In this document: positions 32,563 through 45,100 of the stretch, in pieces | Position numbering within the stretch: the stretch's first letter is position 1 | Layout of the letters: every line of letters starts with the position of its first letter | Assembly: GCA_963805625.1 (NCBI GenBank) | Contig: CAWDVE010000017.1 | Location: forward strand, 736,001-800,000 | Length of the DNA stretch: 64,000 nucleotides | DNA from: an uncultured Candidatus Rokubacteria bacterium | GTDB lineage: Bacteria > Methylomirabilota > Methylomirabilia > Rokubacteriales > DASRDR01 | Reading direction: 5' to 3' | Program-made: the position numbers and the translations under genes | The notes under the pieces: model-generated | What the model was told of the DNA's origin: nothing | Seen by the model: only the letters and a program-made list of their open reading frames with translations | Databases searched by the model: none

Positions 32563-35317
32563 CTACTTGCCCTTGGCCCGATGCTTCACCAACGCATCGG
32601 GCTTCAGGAGCTCGAGACCCTTCCCGGCGTTGTAACCGTGGATCTCCTTCACGTCGAGCTTCCGCATGAACGTGATGATCTCCTTCGTCACGACCTGGCC
32701 CGGCACCATGATCGGAAAGCCGGGCGGGTACGGGATCACGAACTTCGCCGAGACCAGCTCGGGCCCCTTGGCCAGGCGCTCGTCGATCTCCTTGCTGTTG
32801 AGCTTGACGTGCTCGATGTTGGTGGCATCGTACGCCATGTAGTAGGCCTCGCGCATGTGCCCCTCTTGCGTGCCGCTCTTCGGGTCGTCGCGGAAGGCGT
32901 CGTGGAAGCGCTGGAAGTCGGGCAGGTCCGGCACGTCCTCGACCAGCGACTTCACCCGTGCCTTGAAGACCGCGCGCTCCTCCTCGCCCCCCTCGGCGAG
33001 CCGCTTCTCGATCCCCCGCGCCATGTCCGCCAGCGCCTTGATGAGGTGCGCCAGGTCGCTCCGCGTGTTGTTGATGTTGATCTGGACGAGCACGCTGTTC
33101 CGCGAGGTCTTGTTGATCTGGATGTCGTGCTCGCTGGCCAGCAGCGCCTTGAACTGACTGCCGTCGTAGCCCGCGGCGCCGCAGAGGAGCGTGATCCGGG
33201 TCGGGTCGAGGTAGAACTCGTCGTTGTCCAGTGCCCCCATCGTGTCGGTCATCGTCCAGCCCGGCGCGCCCCAGTCGGTGAAGCCCGACTTCCGGTACTC
33301 GGCGGGGATCATCTCGGCCGGCGTGGCGATGCGGAAGTACTTGGAGATGAGCGGGTGCGCGTTGACCTGCCGCCGGATCTCGAGCGCCAGCTGGATGGCC
33401 CGCCCGACCAGCTCGTAGCCCTCCAGCTCCATCTGCCGCCGCGCCACGTCGAGCGAGGCGATGATCTGGAGGTTGGGCGAGGTCGAGGTGTGGGTGAAGA
33501 ACGCCTCCTTGAAGGACGGCTCGACGGTGTGGAAATCCTGGTCCGCGACCACGATGATCGAGCCCTGACGGAGCGAGGACATCGACTTGTGGACCGAGTC
33601 GGTCTCGTAGACGCGGACGCGCACCTGGTCCGGGTCCGGGAGGAGCTCCATGTCGAGCAGCTTCGGGTCCTTCGGGTCCAGCTTGCCGGTGCTGGCCTTG
33701 AACGTCTCGTAGCGCTTCCGGTACGCGGGATCGCGCATCAGCTCGCGGATCGCCGCGGCCGCGCCCATCGCCGTGCGCCGCCGCAGGAACGGCGAGAAGC
33801 GCGCGAACCCGAACCACGCCTCGTCCCAGAGGAAGATGAGGTCCGGCTTGATGGCAAGACACTCCAGCATGGTGCGCTTCACGTTCGCGACGTGGCCGTC
33901 GAACGTGCAGTTCGTCAGGACCACCAGCTTCGCACGGTCGAGCTTGCCCTCGGCCTTCAGCTGGAGGAGCGCCTTCTTGATCGGCTTGATGGCGAGGCTC
34001 CCGTACATCGAGAACTGCGTCAGCGGGAAGGCGTCGATGTAGAGCGGCTGGGCGCCGGCCAGCACCAGCCCGTAGTGGTGCGACTTGTGGCAGTCGCGGT
34101 CGATCAGGACGATGTCGCCCGGCTTGAGGAGCGCCTGGTGGACGATCTTGTTGGACGTCGACGTGCCGTTCGTGACGAAGAAGCTGCGGTCGCCGCCGAG
34201 CGCGCGGGCCGCCTTGTCCTGCGCGACCTTGATGTTGCCGGTCGGCTCGAGGAGGCTGTCGAGGCCGCCGGTGGTCGCCGACGACTCGGCGAGGAACAGG
34301 TTGGCGCCGTAGAATTCGCCCATGTCGCGGATCCAGTTGGACTTGAAGATGGACTTGCCCGCGGGCCACCGGCAGCGCGTGGAAGGTGCCGATCGGCCGC
34401 TGGGCGTAACGCTTGAGGTTGTCGAAGTAGGGCGTCTCGTAGCGGTCCTTCACGCCGTCGAGGACCGCCAGGTGGATCTCCATCGGCTCCTCGACCCCGT
34501 AGAAGATCCGCCGGATCGGCGCCGCCTCGTCGGAGCCGGCCAGCCGGGCGACGTCACGGTCGGTCGTGAGGTAGACGTCGAGCTCCGGCCGCCACCGGCG
34601 CACCATCTGCGCCAGAAGGATCCCGAGATCGCCGCTCCGGGCCGTCTCGGCGACCTGCACCTGGCGGGTGAGTATCTCGCGCAGGACCGGCACCGTGTAC
34701 TGGGAGGGGTAGGCGAAGCCGTCGCTGATCACCACCGCCTGGAGGTTCGGGTTGAACACGACGGCGAGGACGGCGTCCTCGAAGCTGCCGACGACGACGG
34801 GCTCGTAGACGAACTCGTCCTCGGTCCGGCGCAGCCGCCGCAAGGTCTCGCGGATGCCCGGCCACATCGCCCGCTCCGCCGGGGAGACGAGCAGGATCTC
34901 GAAGTAGGGCCGCCGACTCTGGCCGCGTCCCACCGACGGCGGGAGGATGTCGGGCACACGCGCATCCCCCTCCTCGTCAGCCTTCCAGGGCTCCTGGTCG
35001 TCCCGGTAGCTGCTGGAGAGGAGCGCGCCGCTGATCCGCTGCACCAGGCGCGCGAAGCCGGTCCAGTCGCCAGTCTGCAAGCGCTCCTGGACCTGCGCCA
35101 TCAGACCAGGCCCGGGATAGCCACAGAGCGCCTCGAGCGGTGCGATCTCGGCCAGCAGCGCTTGCGGATCCATCCCGGGACCGCCCGCCGCCCGTGGACC
35201 GCTTGCCGCGAGGGCCTTGGCCACGCGATTCAGCGTGCGCCAGCGGTCGACCCGTGCCTCCGAGGCCGTGAAGAATTCGTTCAGGCCGAGGGTCCGATCA
35301 TTCGACGTCGTCGCCAT
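32563..35317 (-). CDS. Long Orn/Lys/Arg-type PLP-dependent amino-acid decarboxylase (~917 aa), split by a +1 indel near 34359
   Basis: FHALPVARG joins KSIFKSNWIRDMG after removing one base. Motifs VTNGTSTSN, DRDCHKS, WDEAW, PLP motif TDSVHKS, HTSTSP and PYPPGFP; AGGAGG RBS. Confidence 0.9.
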
Positions 35318-35435
35318 CTGCCATTCCTCCTGGGTGCGTGCTAAGGGGGCCGGCGCGTGGCCTGCGGCCCTGTGCCCGCCCTGAGTCGTCCCGATGTGGC
35401 TCGTCCGTCCGAGATGCCGCGCTGGGCCGTCGCTC

Positions 35436-36806
35436 CTACAGCAGCGGAATCTCCCAGTTGATGATGAACCGGACCTGCCAGCCGAGCTGGTCGGCGTCTT
35501 GCCGATCGAGGATGACGCCGCGTAGCCGGAACCAGAGATTGCGCGTCGTGGGGAGGAAGAGGTACCCGCTGGGCGGCCGGTAGTCGATCGTGAGGTCGTA
35601 TTCGGTCTGGTCCGGCGCCGCCGCCCGCGTCTTCGGATCGATCGCGTCCCAGCCGTAGGCGATGTTGACGAACGCGGCGAGCCCCGGGGTGATCAGCTTC
35701 GAGAAGTCGTAGGCCGCGCCGACGAGCACGGCCTTCTCGTTGGCCCGGTCGAAGTCTTCCTGGATCAGCGAGAGGTAGCCCGGGAAGCTGCCCCACGGCG
35801 CCTGGATCGTGTTCCCGTCGCCGGTCACCGAGCCGCCGAGAGTGAGGGTCAGCTCGCGATAGGCGACGCCGGCCTTGGCGCTCACGTTGTAGGTGCTCCA
35901 ATCCTTGGCCGACGCGTTCGTGAGCAGCTGGTCGCCCACCGCCCGCTGATCGGTGAACTGGCCGCCGAAGATGAGCTTGAGGTCCTCCCGGAGGGGGTGC
36001 GTGTAGTCGGCCTGGAGGAAGACCGTGTTGAAGGTGTTGAACCCGTACTGCTCGCTGACGTCGAGCTTCAAGCCGGGGAGCGGCGCGAGCTTCACGCCGA
36101 CCATGGCGACGCCGTCCTCGCTGCCCGCCGCCCCCGCCTGCTCCGACATGAACAGGAACTCGTCGGAGTTCCGGGCCTTCATCTTCCAGAGGTACCCGGC
36201 GAGGTAGTCGACCGGCCCCAGCTTCCCGCCAAGGGTGAGGCCCTCGAAGGTGTTGGGCGTCATCCGGTTGTCCTCGCGGTTGACATAGCCCTGGGCGACT
36301 TCCTGCCGGTAGCCCTTGGCCATCGCATATTCCTTGTATCGCAGCGCGGCGAAGGCCTCGCCCAGGACCCCGTAGCCTTCCTGTCCCGTCTTCAGGAGCG
36401 TCGTGCCGTCCTTGTCTTCCGGCGCGTAGAGCGGCGCCGACCCGTAGACGGTGGCCCCGATCTGGAACGCGTCGAGGAGCCAGCCGGACCGGTAGCTGAA
36501 CCAGCCCCCGAAGGCCCAGGCCTCGTTCTCCGTGCCGTCCGGGTTCTCGCGGTTCATGTAGTAACTGCGGAGGTAGAGCGTGAAGTCCGTGTCACGCAGG
36601 AAGGCCGGGAGGTCCTTCATGTCCTCCTTGAGCGTGGGGAAGAGCCGTTCCACGGCCGGCGGCCGAGGCTGATCCTCGTCGGCCTCGGCCCGGGTTCCGA
36701 GCGAGCCGACCAGCCACGCCAGGAGCGCCACGCCCACGATCAGGACGCTCCGCGTCCAATGCCGCCGAAACCGGTTCCCGTTGCTCAGCGGTCTCGATCG
36801 TTTCAC
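35436..36806 (-). CDS. OprD family outer-membrane porin
   Basis: Signal peptide; LRSYY.NR, YRSGW, DNRMTPNTFEG and F.RANE motifs; terminal RFIINWEIPLL beta strand. Confidence 0.82.
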   Translation of the reverse strand: MKRSRPLSNGNRFRRHWTRSVLIVGVALLAWLVGSLGTRAEADEDQPRPPAVERLFPTLKEDMKDLPAFLRDTDFTLYLRSYYMNRENPDGTENEAWAFGGWFSYRSGWLLDAFQIGATVYGSAPLYAPEDKDGTTLLKTGQEGYGVLGEAFAALRYKEYAMAKGYRQEVAQGYVNREDNRMTPNTFEGLTLGGKLGPVDYLAGYLWKMKARNSDEFLFMSEQAGAAGSEDGVAMVGVKLAPLPGLKLDVSEQYGFNTFNTVFLQADYTHPLREDLKLIFGGQFTDQRAVGDQLLTNASAKDWSTYNVSAKAGVAYRELTLTLGGSVTGDGNTIQAPWGSFPGYLSLIQEDFDRANEKAVLVGAAYDFSKLITPGLAAFVNIAYGWDAIDPKTRAAAPDQTEYDLTIDYRPPSGYLFLPTTRNLWFRLRGVILDRQDADQLGWQVRFIINWEIPLL

Positions 36807-36847
36807 CCGTCAGCCCCCTTTTCGTCCTCAGGCATGCATGGAGCCGG

Positions 36848-36862
36848 GCAAGGCGCATGCCA
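36848..36862 (-). promoter_or_regulatory. Sigma54 (-24/-12) promoter for the porin-decarboxylase-aspT-aspD genes
   Basis: The minus strand reads TGGCATGCGCCTTGC, exact GG-N10-GC spacing, about 40 bp upstream of the porin GTG. Confidence 0.8.
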
Positions 36863-36980
36863 GGAGAGAAGTTGCGCAGACTCGCGGAGTCACGATACTC
36901 GCCCGTTCGGCCCGTCGCGGAAGGCTGGGGCGCCGGCGCCCCAGCTGGACTCCACTTCCCGAGGAGCGGGGTAGCGGCCC

Positions 36981-37328
36981 TCATGACGGTTTCGCTCTGG
37001 GCCGTCGAGTTCGCTGCGACGGACTCGACGGCCGAACGCCCTGCTTTCCCGGTAGGGCGGTCACGCCCGATTCGCCCGGGGCTGGATCGAGCAGGAGCCT
37101 CATGTAGCGTGACGCCCCCAGGAGGTGGACGCCCTCGCCCGCCAGCCGGCGCAACTGCAACACGCCGGCATCGCTGGCGCTCGTCAGATCGGACAGATCC
37201 AGGACGAGGGGCCGCCCGGCCCCGCTGCAGGCCTCCCCCAGGATCACGACCGCGTCGTCGCCGAGGCGTCCCACGACCCCGATGGTCGTGATGTCAGGAG
37301 TCTCGGACACGATCAGACGAAATCCCAT
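36981..37328 (-). CDS. Small STAS-like domain protein
   Basis: TTIGVVGRL...LVLDLSDLTSASDAGVLQL fits the STAS pattern; divergent from the sigma54 activator. Confidence 0.7.
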   Translation of the reverse strand: MGFRLIVSETPDITTIGVVGRLGDDAVVILGEACSGAGRPLVLDLSDLTSASDAGVLQLRRLAGEGVHLLGASRYMRLLLDPAPGESGVTALPGKQGVRPSSPSQRTRRPRAKPS

Positions 37329-37413
37329 CCGGTCAGACCCCCTCCGGGCGAAGACATGCGTCGGCGAGACCCAAGCTCATGAGCCGCCGTGATGGGCTCC
37401 CAATCAACCCGAG

Positions 37414-37428
37414 GCAAGAAGCATTCCA
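37414..37428 (-). promoter_or_regulatory. Sigma54 (-24/-12) promoter upstream of the STAS gene
   Basis: The minus strand reads TGGAATGCTTCTTGC (GG-N10-GC), within an AT-rich patch. Confidence 0.7.
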
Positions 37429-37580
37429 GTGAAGGCCTCGTGTGGAAATGATCAATGGACCAATGCCATACTCGATAATTGCCAACCAGGTAGCGGCGGA
37501 ACGGCCACCGCGGGCGATGGCGGGCCGTCACATACGACGGGCCCTGGCACGAGGCGACGTGGATCACCAGGGAGAAGCAC

Positions 37581-39692
<2,112 letters not shown>

Positions 39693-39789
39693 GGCGCCGG
39701 GACGCGCTAGCGTCCACGGTGAGCCGGCACGACCCGCCCGATCGCGTGCCTTCGCTCGCGACGCCCCCCTGAGGTGAGGTGTCTCTTGT

Positions 39790-40286
39790 CCGGCCTCCGT
39801 ACCCCCCTATCCTCCCGAGGTGGTCACCTACGCTCTTCTCCGTGCTCGTGGGGGGGAGCCAGCGGAATCTACGCCGCCCTCCGGCGAGGCCGCCCGGAAA
39901 GCTACTGGGTCGGCGCGTTCCCATCGTGGGTGCGTCCGTGCCCAACTATTTCCTGGCTCTCATCCTGATGACGATTCTCGGCGGCGAGCTCCGCCCGGTG
40001 CCGATCGCCGCCTCTCCATCGACGTGCTGCTGGCGCCTGAGCGCGCCGCCCTGGCTGGGTCTCGAGAGCGCTCCGATCGACAGGATCCTGGACGAGGCCC
40101 GGGCCGAGCGTTGACCGACAAGCGGGACCAGCTCTACCGGCAGCTGTTCGACCTCATATCCCGGAGGCGACCTACATCTGCACGGTGCACGCCAACTACG
40201 TCTCGGGGTCGCGCGCGAACGTGCGGAACTGGGAGCAGCTCCCGGCCACCCTGGTCCGGTACGCCAACGTGTGGATCGAGCGCTAG
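39790..40286 (+). pseudogene. Degenerate fragments of a peptide ABC permease and binding protein
   Basis: Frameshifted pieces IYAALRRGRPE and GASVPNYFLALILM (DppB-like), then IDRILDEARAE, KRDQLYRQL and YANVWIER* (binding-protein C-terminus). Confidence 0.6.
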
Positions 40287-40287
40287 A

Positions 40288-40342
40288 TTTTGGACAAATT
40301 TGGGGGTTCCCTTGGGACTTCCGCGGCGCCGGGGGGCATGAT
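40288..40342 (+). promoter_or_regulatory. Repeated promoter-like motif, copy 1
   Basis: TTTTGGACAAATTTGGGGGTTCCCTTGGGACT-N17-CATGAT, ending about 15 bp before the ATG at 40358. Confidence 0.6.
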
Positions 40343-40357
40343 GTCAACGGACGAAGC

Positions 40358-40609
40358 ATGGCGCACGACGCTGCTCATCAGGGGGCGGAGAGCCCCGACC
40401 CGGGCCGGGCCCACACCCAGTCGGCGCTCCCGTATGCGAAGGCGTTCGTCGTGCAGTTCAGTGCGGAGACCGACCCCCGACTCGGGAACACCACCGGGCG
40501 GGTCGAGCATCTTCAGACGGGGCGCCGTTCGCGCTTCGCGTCGGCCGACGAGCTGCTCGCGTGGATCACGGCGATGCTCGCCGCCGCGGATAGCCCCGAC
40601 GATGCCTGA
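40358..40609 (+). CDS. Small hypothetical protein (83 aa), convergent with the wHTH-AAA regulator
   Basis: AFVVQF...GRVEHLQTG...FASADELLAWI looks like a compact folded domain. From memory, similar proteins lie next to wHTH-AAA-TPR regulators. Confidence 0.7.
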   Translation: MAHDAAHQGAESPDPGRAHTQSALPYAKAFVVQFSAETDPRLGNTTGRVEHLQTGRRSRFASADELLAWITAMLAAADSPDDA

Positions 40610-40620
40610 TGATGATCACG

Positions 40621-43467
40621 TCAGCGTGGCGGCTTGCGCGGCGCGGCGGCCCCGGCGGCCCGCCGGCTGGCGCGCCGCTCCAGCATGTGCGCCCCCTGGG
40701 CACGCGCCACCGCTCGAGCTCTCTCGAAGCACTCCTCCGATTCACGGATCTCGCGCGGCCGCGGACGCGTCTTGGAGCGGGCCCCTCGGAGGATCAACTC
40801 TCCTCTGAGCCGCCAGAGCTCGGCCTCGAAGAGGCGGGCGGCGGTGTCGCGACAGTGGGTCAATCCGGTGTCGGTGGCGGCCAGTCCCTCATCCACGCGG
40901 TCCAGCCGCAGACATGCCTCGGCGAGCAAAGAGAACCACAGCGAAGCGGCGAGGCTTATCTTGGCCCGCCGCAGCACGTCGAGGCCCTCGCGGATCTCCG
41001 CAAGGCCTCGCTCACCCTCGCCCTGCTCGACGAGTGCCCGGCCGCGACTGACGAGCGCGCTCCCGGACCAGAGCGGGAAGCCGTACTCGTCCGAGAGATC
41101 GGCCGCCCTGGTGGCCATTCTCGCAGCCTCCCCGCACTCGCCGTTGAGCACGTGTAGAAACGCGGCATACGCCGCGGCGTGGGCGACCGTGAAGGGGCGG
41201 CCGAGCCGCTCGGCCAGCACCATGGCCTCCCCTTGCACGACCCGCGCACGATCCGGTTCGGCGCGCACCCATCGGCGGAGGCTTTCGAAGGACCGCGCCG
41301 CCACGAGAGGATTGACCCCGTAGAGCCGATCCGCCTCGTCAGGACTCACCGACGACGATAGCGCCTTGGCCAGGAAGGGTTCCGCGACATCCAGGTCGCC
41401 GCCCCACAAGGCGACCCCCCCTCGGAGGAAGGAGGCCTCCACCACGGCGGACGGATTCAGCTGCTCTGAAAGCGGCGACAGTTCCTCGCCGACCCGTTCC
41501 GCCTCGCGCAAGTCACCGCCGTTGCTGTGCAGCAGGCAGAGAGCAGAGAGGACGTCGAAGAGCCCGGCAGGGTCCGCAAGCTGCTCGCAGAGGCGTCGCG
41601 CGCGTGTCAGGTTGTCGAGCAATCCCTCGGCCACGTACCCGGCGGTCTGGGTCAGCACGACGGTGTACAGCTGGCGCAGTCGCAGCTCGTCCCGGGCTCG
41701 GTCCGGCGTGTCCGGCAGCTCACCGAGAAGCCGGAGGGCCGGTTCCAGACACGCGGCGGTGTCGCGGTAGGCGAGCCGGCCGTACGCCCGCGTCGCGGCT
41801 TGCTCGAGGTAAGCGACGGCCCGGCGTCGATCGCGGCTGTGCTGGAAATGAATGGCCAGCTCGCCCGACACATCGGCGGTTCGGGCCGCGTACCCGGCCT
41901 CGATGCGTTCGCCGATCTGCTGGTGCAGGATGACCCGCCGGCTCGGCGAGAGGCGGGCGTAGAGCACGCGTTGATAAAGAGCGTGCCCGAAGGCGTAGCG
42001 GACCGCCAGAGTGCCGTCCGGCCACTCGACGCTCCGTCGGTGGTGAAGCCAGCGACGAGGGCGGCACAGCTCATCGCAGAGCGACTCGACCTCGTCCAGT
42101 GCGCGGCCGAGTCCCGCGGCCACCGCCGGCGCGTCGAACATCACCCCGCCGACACTCGCGACCTCGAGCACGTCTCGCTCGGCGCGCGACAGGAACCTGA
42201 GCTGCCCCTGGATGAGCTGCTGGATGTCCTCCGGTACCTCCTGCTCGATCGCCGCGCGGTCAACGGACAGCCGCCAGAGGCCCCCATTTTCGGCCAGCCA
42301 GCCGCGGTCCAGGAGATGCTCCACCAGCCTCACCATGAAGAGGGGATTCCCGTCCGTATGCGCGTGGACGACGGCGGCGACGTCGTCGTCTACCGTCGCG
42401 CCGCGGAAACGAGCCTGCAGGTATGCCGTCACGTGGCTCCGGCTCAGGTACTCGAGCGCGATTTCCCGGCACTGACGGTGCGTGCGCAGCGTCGCCACGA
42501 CCTGGGCGAACGGGTGGTCGAGCACCGTCGCCTCCGCCGGCCGATAGGTGCCCAGGAGCATGACTCGCGCCCGATCGGGCCGCTGCGCGAGCACCGATAC
42601 GAGATCCGCCGTGCCCTGGTCGCTCCAGTGCAGGTCCTCCAGGACCAGCACCAGCGGGCGATCGACGGAGACTGCCTCCACCAGGCTCGCGAACTCACGC
42701 AGCATGCGGTGGGGCGTCGTGTCCGTGTCCCCGCGCCCGGGCGGCCCCGCGTCGGTGGGCGAGTGAAGCGAGGGCATCCGCGCCAGCCAGCTCGGGGCGA
42801 CGGCGCGCAGCGTGGAGAGCAGCCGGTCGTGGGCCGGTCCATGGCTCAGTCGCTCCAGGGTCTCCAGGGCCGGCATGTAGGGCTCCCGCTCGCCGTGCTG
42901 CTCCACGCACTGGCCATAGCCGATCAGGACGCCGTCGGCCGACGCCCGCACCGCGTCCAGAAAGGTCTCGACGATCGAGGTCTTGCCGATGCCGGGCTCG
43001 CCCTGCATGAACACCACCTGGCGCTCGCCGGCGGACGCGGTCTGGAAGATGGCCCGGAGCGTCGCGAGCTCGGTTTCGCGGCCCACCAGGGTCGCGGGGG
43101 ATCTCGCTCCCGGGACGGGCTGGGGCACGACTGCCGACTCGAGTCCCCGCTCCCCGGCTGGGGTCCCGTGTATTCGGGCGATGAAGCGAACCCCCCGGCG
43201 GTGAACGGTCTCGATGACACGCGGGGCTCGCGGATCGTCCCCGAGAGCCCGCCGCAGCTCGCCGAGCGTCTGCGTGAGCGTGTCGTCCGACACCACGACG
43301 TCGCCCCAGACGGCCGCGTGCAGCTCTTCCTTCGTGACCAGCGCACCGGGCCGCTCGGCCAGATAGCGCAGCAGAGCCCAGGCCTTGGGTCGCAGTTCCA
43401 CCGGACGGTCGCCGTGCCATAGGCGTCCCGCACGCGGGTCCAACCGGTAGGGCGGGAACTCGATCAC
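40621..43467 (-). CDS. OmpR/CadC-type winged-helix + AAA ATPase + TPR-like transcriptional regulator (STAND-like)
   Basis: N-terminal LVTKEEL...VW...LRRALGD...IETVHRRGVRF; VGRETEL, Walker A GEPGIGKT, Walker B LVLEDLHWSD, GNPLF, and helical C-terminal repeats. Confidence 0.9.
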   Translation of the reverse strand: MIEFPPYRLDPRAGRLWHGDRPVELRPKAWALLRYLAERPGALVTKEELHAAVWGDVVVSDDTLTQTLGELRRALGDDPRAPRVIETVHRRGVRFIARIHGTPAGERGLESAVVPQPVPGARSPATLVGRETELATLRAIFQTASAGERQVVFMQGEPGIGKTSIVETFLDAVRASADGVLIGYGQCVEQHGEREPYMPALETLERLSHGPAHDRLLSTLRAVAPSWLARMPSLHSPTDAGPPGRGDTDTTPHRMLREFASLVEAVSVDRPLVLVLEDLHWSDQGTADLVSVLAQRPDRARVMLLGTYRPAEATVLDHPFAQVVATLRTHRQCREIALEYLSRSHVTAYLQARFRGATVDDDVAAVVHAHTDGNPLFMVRLVEHLLDRGWLAENGGLWRLSVDRAAIEQEVPEDIQQLIQGQLRFLSRAERDVLEVASVGGVMFDAPAVAAGLGRALDEVESLCDELCRPRRWLHHRRSVEWPDGTLAVRYAFGHALYQRVLYARLSPSRRVILHQQIGERIEAGYAARTADVSGELAIHFQHSRDRRRAVAYLEQAATRAYGRLAYRDTAACLEPALRLLGELPDTPDRARDELRLRQLYTVVLTQTAGYVAEGLLDNLTRARRLCEQLADPAGLFDVLSALCLLHSNGGDLREAERVGEELSPLSEQLNPSAVVEASFLRGGVALWGGDLDVAEPFLAKALSSSVSPDEADRLYGVNPLVAARSFESLRRWVRAEPDRARVVQGEAMVLAERLGRPFTVAHAAAYAAFLHVLNGECGEAARMATRAADLSDEYGFPLWSGSALVSRGRALVEQGEGERGLAEIREGLDVLRRAKISLAASLWFSLLAEACLRLDRVDEGLAATDTGLTHCRDTAARLFEAELWRLRGELILRGARSKTRPRPREIRESEECFERARAVARAQGAHMLERRASRRAAGAAAPRKPPR

Positions 43468-43491
43468 GGCGCTTGCCGGAGGGTCGAGCCG

Positions 43492-43611
43492 TTTTGGAGA
43501 AATTTGCGGATTCCCTCGGGACTTCCCGAGGGCGACCCCGTCATGATCGCCGCCGTGAAGAAAGGGCGCGAGGCCCGACCCAAGCTAGGTCGTAGAAGGG
43601 TCTTCCGCACG
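43492..43611 (+). repeat. Repeated promoter-like motif, copy 2 (~120-bp similarity with copy 3)
   Basis: TTTTGGAGAAATTTGCGGATTCCCTCGGGACT-N18-CATGAT...GAAGAAA...GACCCAAGC...TTCCGCACG, starting 25 bp from the regulator start codon. Confidence 0.8.
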
Positions 43612-44002
43612 TCTACGCACGCGGGCGGTGACGCCTGGCGTCTCCCAGAGAGAAACGCCGTCATTCCGCGAGGATACCACGTGCCAGACCTCCACCACGT
43701 ATGCTCTTTGCGCCGACGACGCCGCGGCCAAGGACCAATCGTGGCCGCCATAGGACCAACGTCCCATAGACGCCCGCGCGAAGTGATGATAGAGCTCTTA
43801 TCGTGACCTCAGACCAGTACAAACGTCATGCACTCGCTCATCGACGACTCCAAATGGCCCGTACCGGCGGTGCCGATGTGGTAGCTCGGGGGTGGGGCGA
43901 GGGCCGTCTTCTCCATTGAGGTGCCGCCGCTCCGGGATCGCCGTTCGCGCGTCCGATGGCGGAAGCAGGGTCTACACGCACGAACTGAGAGGAGAGAGAC
44001 GC

Positions 44003-44575
44003 ATGTTTAAGCGAAGGATCACTGCAAGCCTGTTGAGTGGTGTCGTGGCGGTTGGTCTGGTCCTGTCGGGTCAGGCCGCGGCGGCCTTCACGGCCCAGGA
44101 AGCGGCCAAGCTGGATGCCGAGGCGAAGGCCACGCTGGCGAAGTTCCAGGCAGACACTAAGGGTTCCGCGGAGGTGTTCGCCAACGCCAAGGGTGTCCTG
44201 GTGTGCCCGAAGATCACCAAGGGGGGCTTCATCATCGGCGTGGAGTCAGGCGACTGCGTGCTGAGCAAGGGTGCCCCAAAGCCGATCTACTACGGGACGT
44301 CCGCGCTCAAGGGGGGACTCCTCGTGGGCATCTCCTGGTACTCGATGATCCTGGTGCTGAACACGGACGCCGCGGTGGCCAAGTTCACCAGCGGCACGCG
44401 CGAATGGGAGATGGGCGTGGATGCGTCGGTGGCCGTGGCCACAGTGGGCGCTGGCGGCGCTCTCGATACGACCAATCTGAAGAAAGCCATCGTGTCCTTC
44501 ATCTTCGGCGAGAAGGGGTTAATGGGGGATGTGTCCTTCTCGGGCTCGCGATTCAAGAAGCTCGATGTCGAGTGA
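44003..44575 (+). CDS. Ysc84/SYLF-related secreted protein
   Basis: AGGAG RBS and signal peptide; AKGVLVCPKITKGGFIIG, WEMGVDASVAVA and KGLMG..S..GSRF. Confidence 0.82.
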   Translation: MFKRRITASLLSGVVAVGLVLSGQAAAAFTAQEAAKLDAEAKATLAKFQADTKGSAEVFANAKGVLVCPKITKGGFIIGVESGDCVLSKGAPKPIYYGTSALKGGLLVGISWYSMILVLNTDAAVAKFTSGTREWEMGVDASVAVATVGAGGALDTTNLKKAIVSFIFGEKGLMGDVSFSGSRFKKLDVE

Positions 44576-44689
44576 TATCCGAAGCAAGCCACCTCGGACC
44601 TTGCTAGGCTTGGTGCCTGGACAGGTGGCCCGTGAACCGACGCTGTCCGTGTACTCCACACTCCACAACCTGTAGAGGAGGACGCTGCG

Positions 44690-45100
44690 ATGCTTCGCTC
44701 TCTCGGTCCGGTGCTGGGACTGGTCGCCATGGTGATCTTTGTTTCAGGGACCTTCGCGGAGGCTGCAGACGTCAACGTCAAGCTGGGCCCCCTGAACAGC
44801 TCGGGTGAGTCGGGCACGGCGACCCTCTCGGACGTAACGGGAAACAAGACCAAGGTCGTGATTGCCGTGACCGGACAGCCCGCCAACGTCCCCCAGCCGG
44901 TGCACATTCACAAGGGGTCGTGCGCTCAGATGGATCCCGCGCCGGCGTACGGACTTACGACCCTGACTGACGGCAAGTCGGAGACAGTGATCGATCAGCC
45001 ACTCTCCACGCTGCAGAAGGAGCGGTTCGCCATCAACGGCCACAAGTCCGCTCAGGAAGCCAGCACGTACGTCTTCTGCGGCGACATCCCTGCCCAGTGA
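44690..45100 (+). CDS. Small secreted CHRD / Cu,Zn-SOD-like domain protein
   Basis: GAGGAGG RBS and signal peptide; NSSGESGTATL, QPVHIHKGSC, INGHKS and CGDI. Confidence 0.7.
   Translation: MLRSLGPVLGLVAMVIFVSGTFAEAADVNVKLGPLNSSGESGTATLSDVTGNKTKVVIAVTGQPANVPQPVHIHKGSCAQMDPAPAYGLTTLTDGKSETVIDQPLSTLQKERFAINGHKSAQEASTYVFCGDIPAQ

Noticed and set aside
34340-34380. Programmed ribosomal frameshift in the decarboxylase
   Set aside because: No slippery heptamer is present, the break falls in a conserved core, and five similar indels occur in unrelated genes.
43504-43806. Small ORFs downstream of motif copies 2 and 3 (43504-43806, 45449-45748)
   Set aside because: No RBS or recognisable domain, and the frames diverge between the two copies, so they were not called as CDS.
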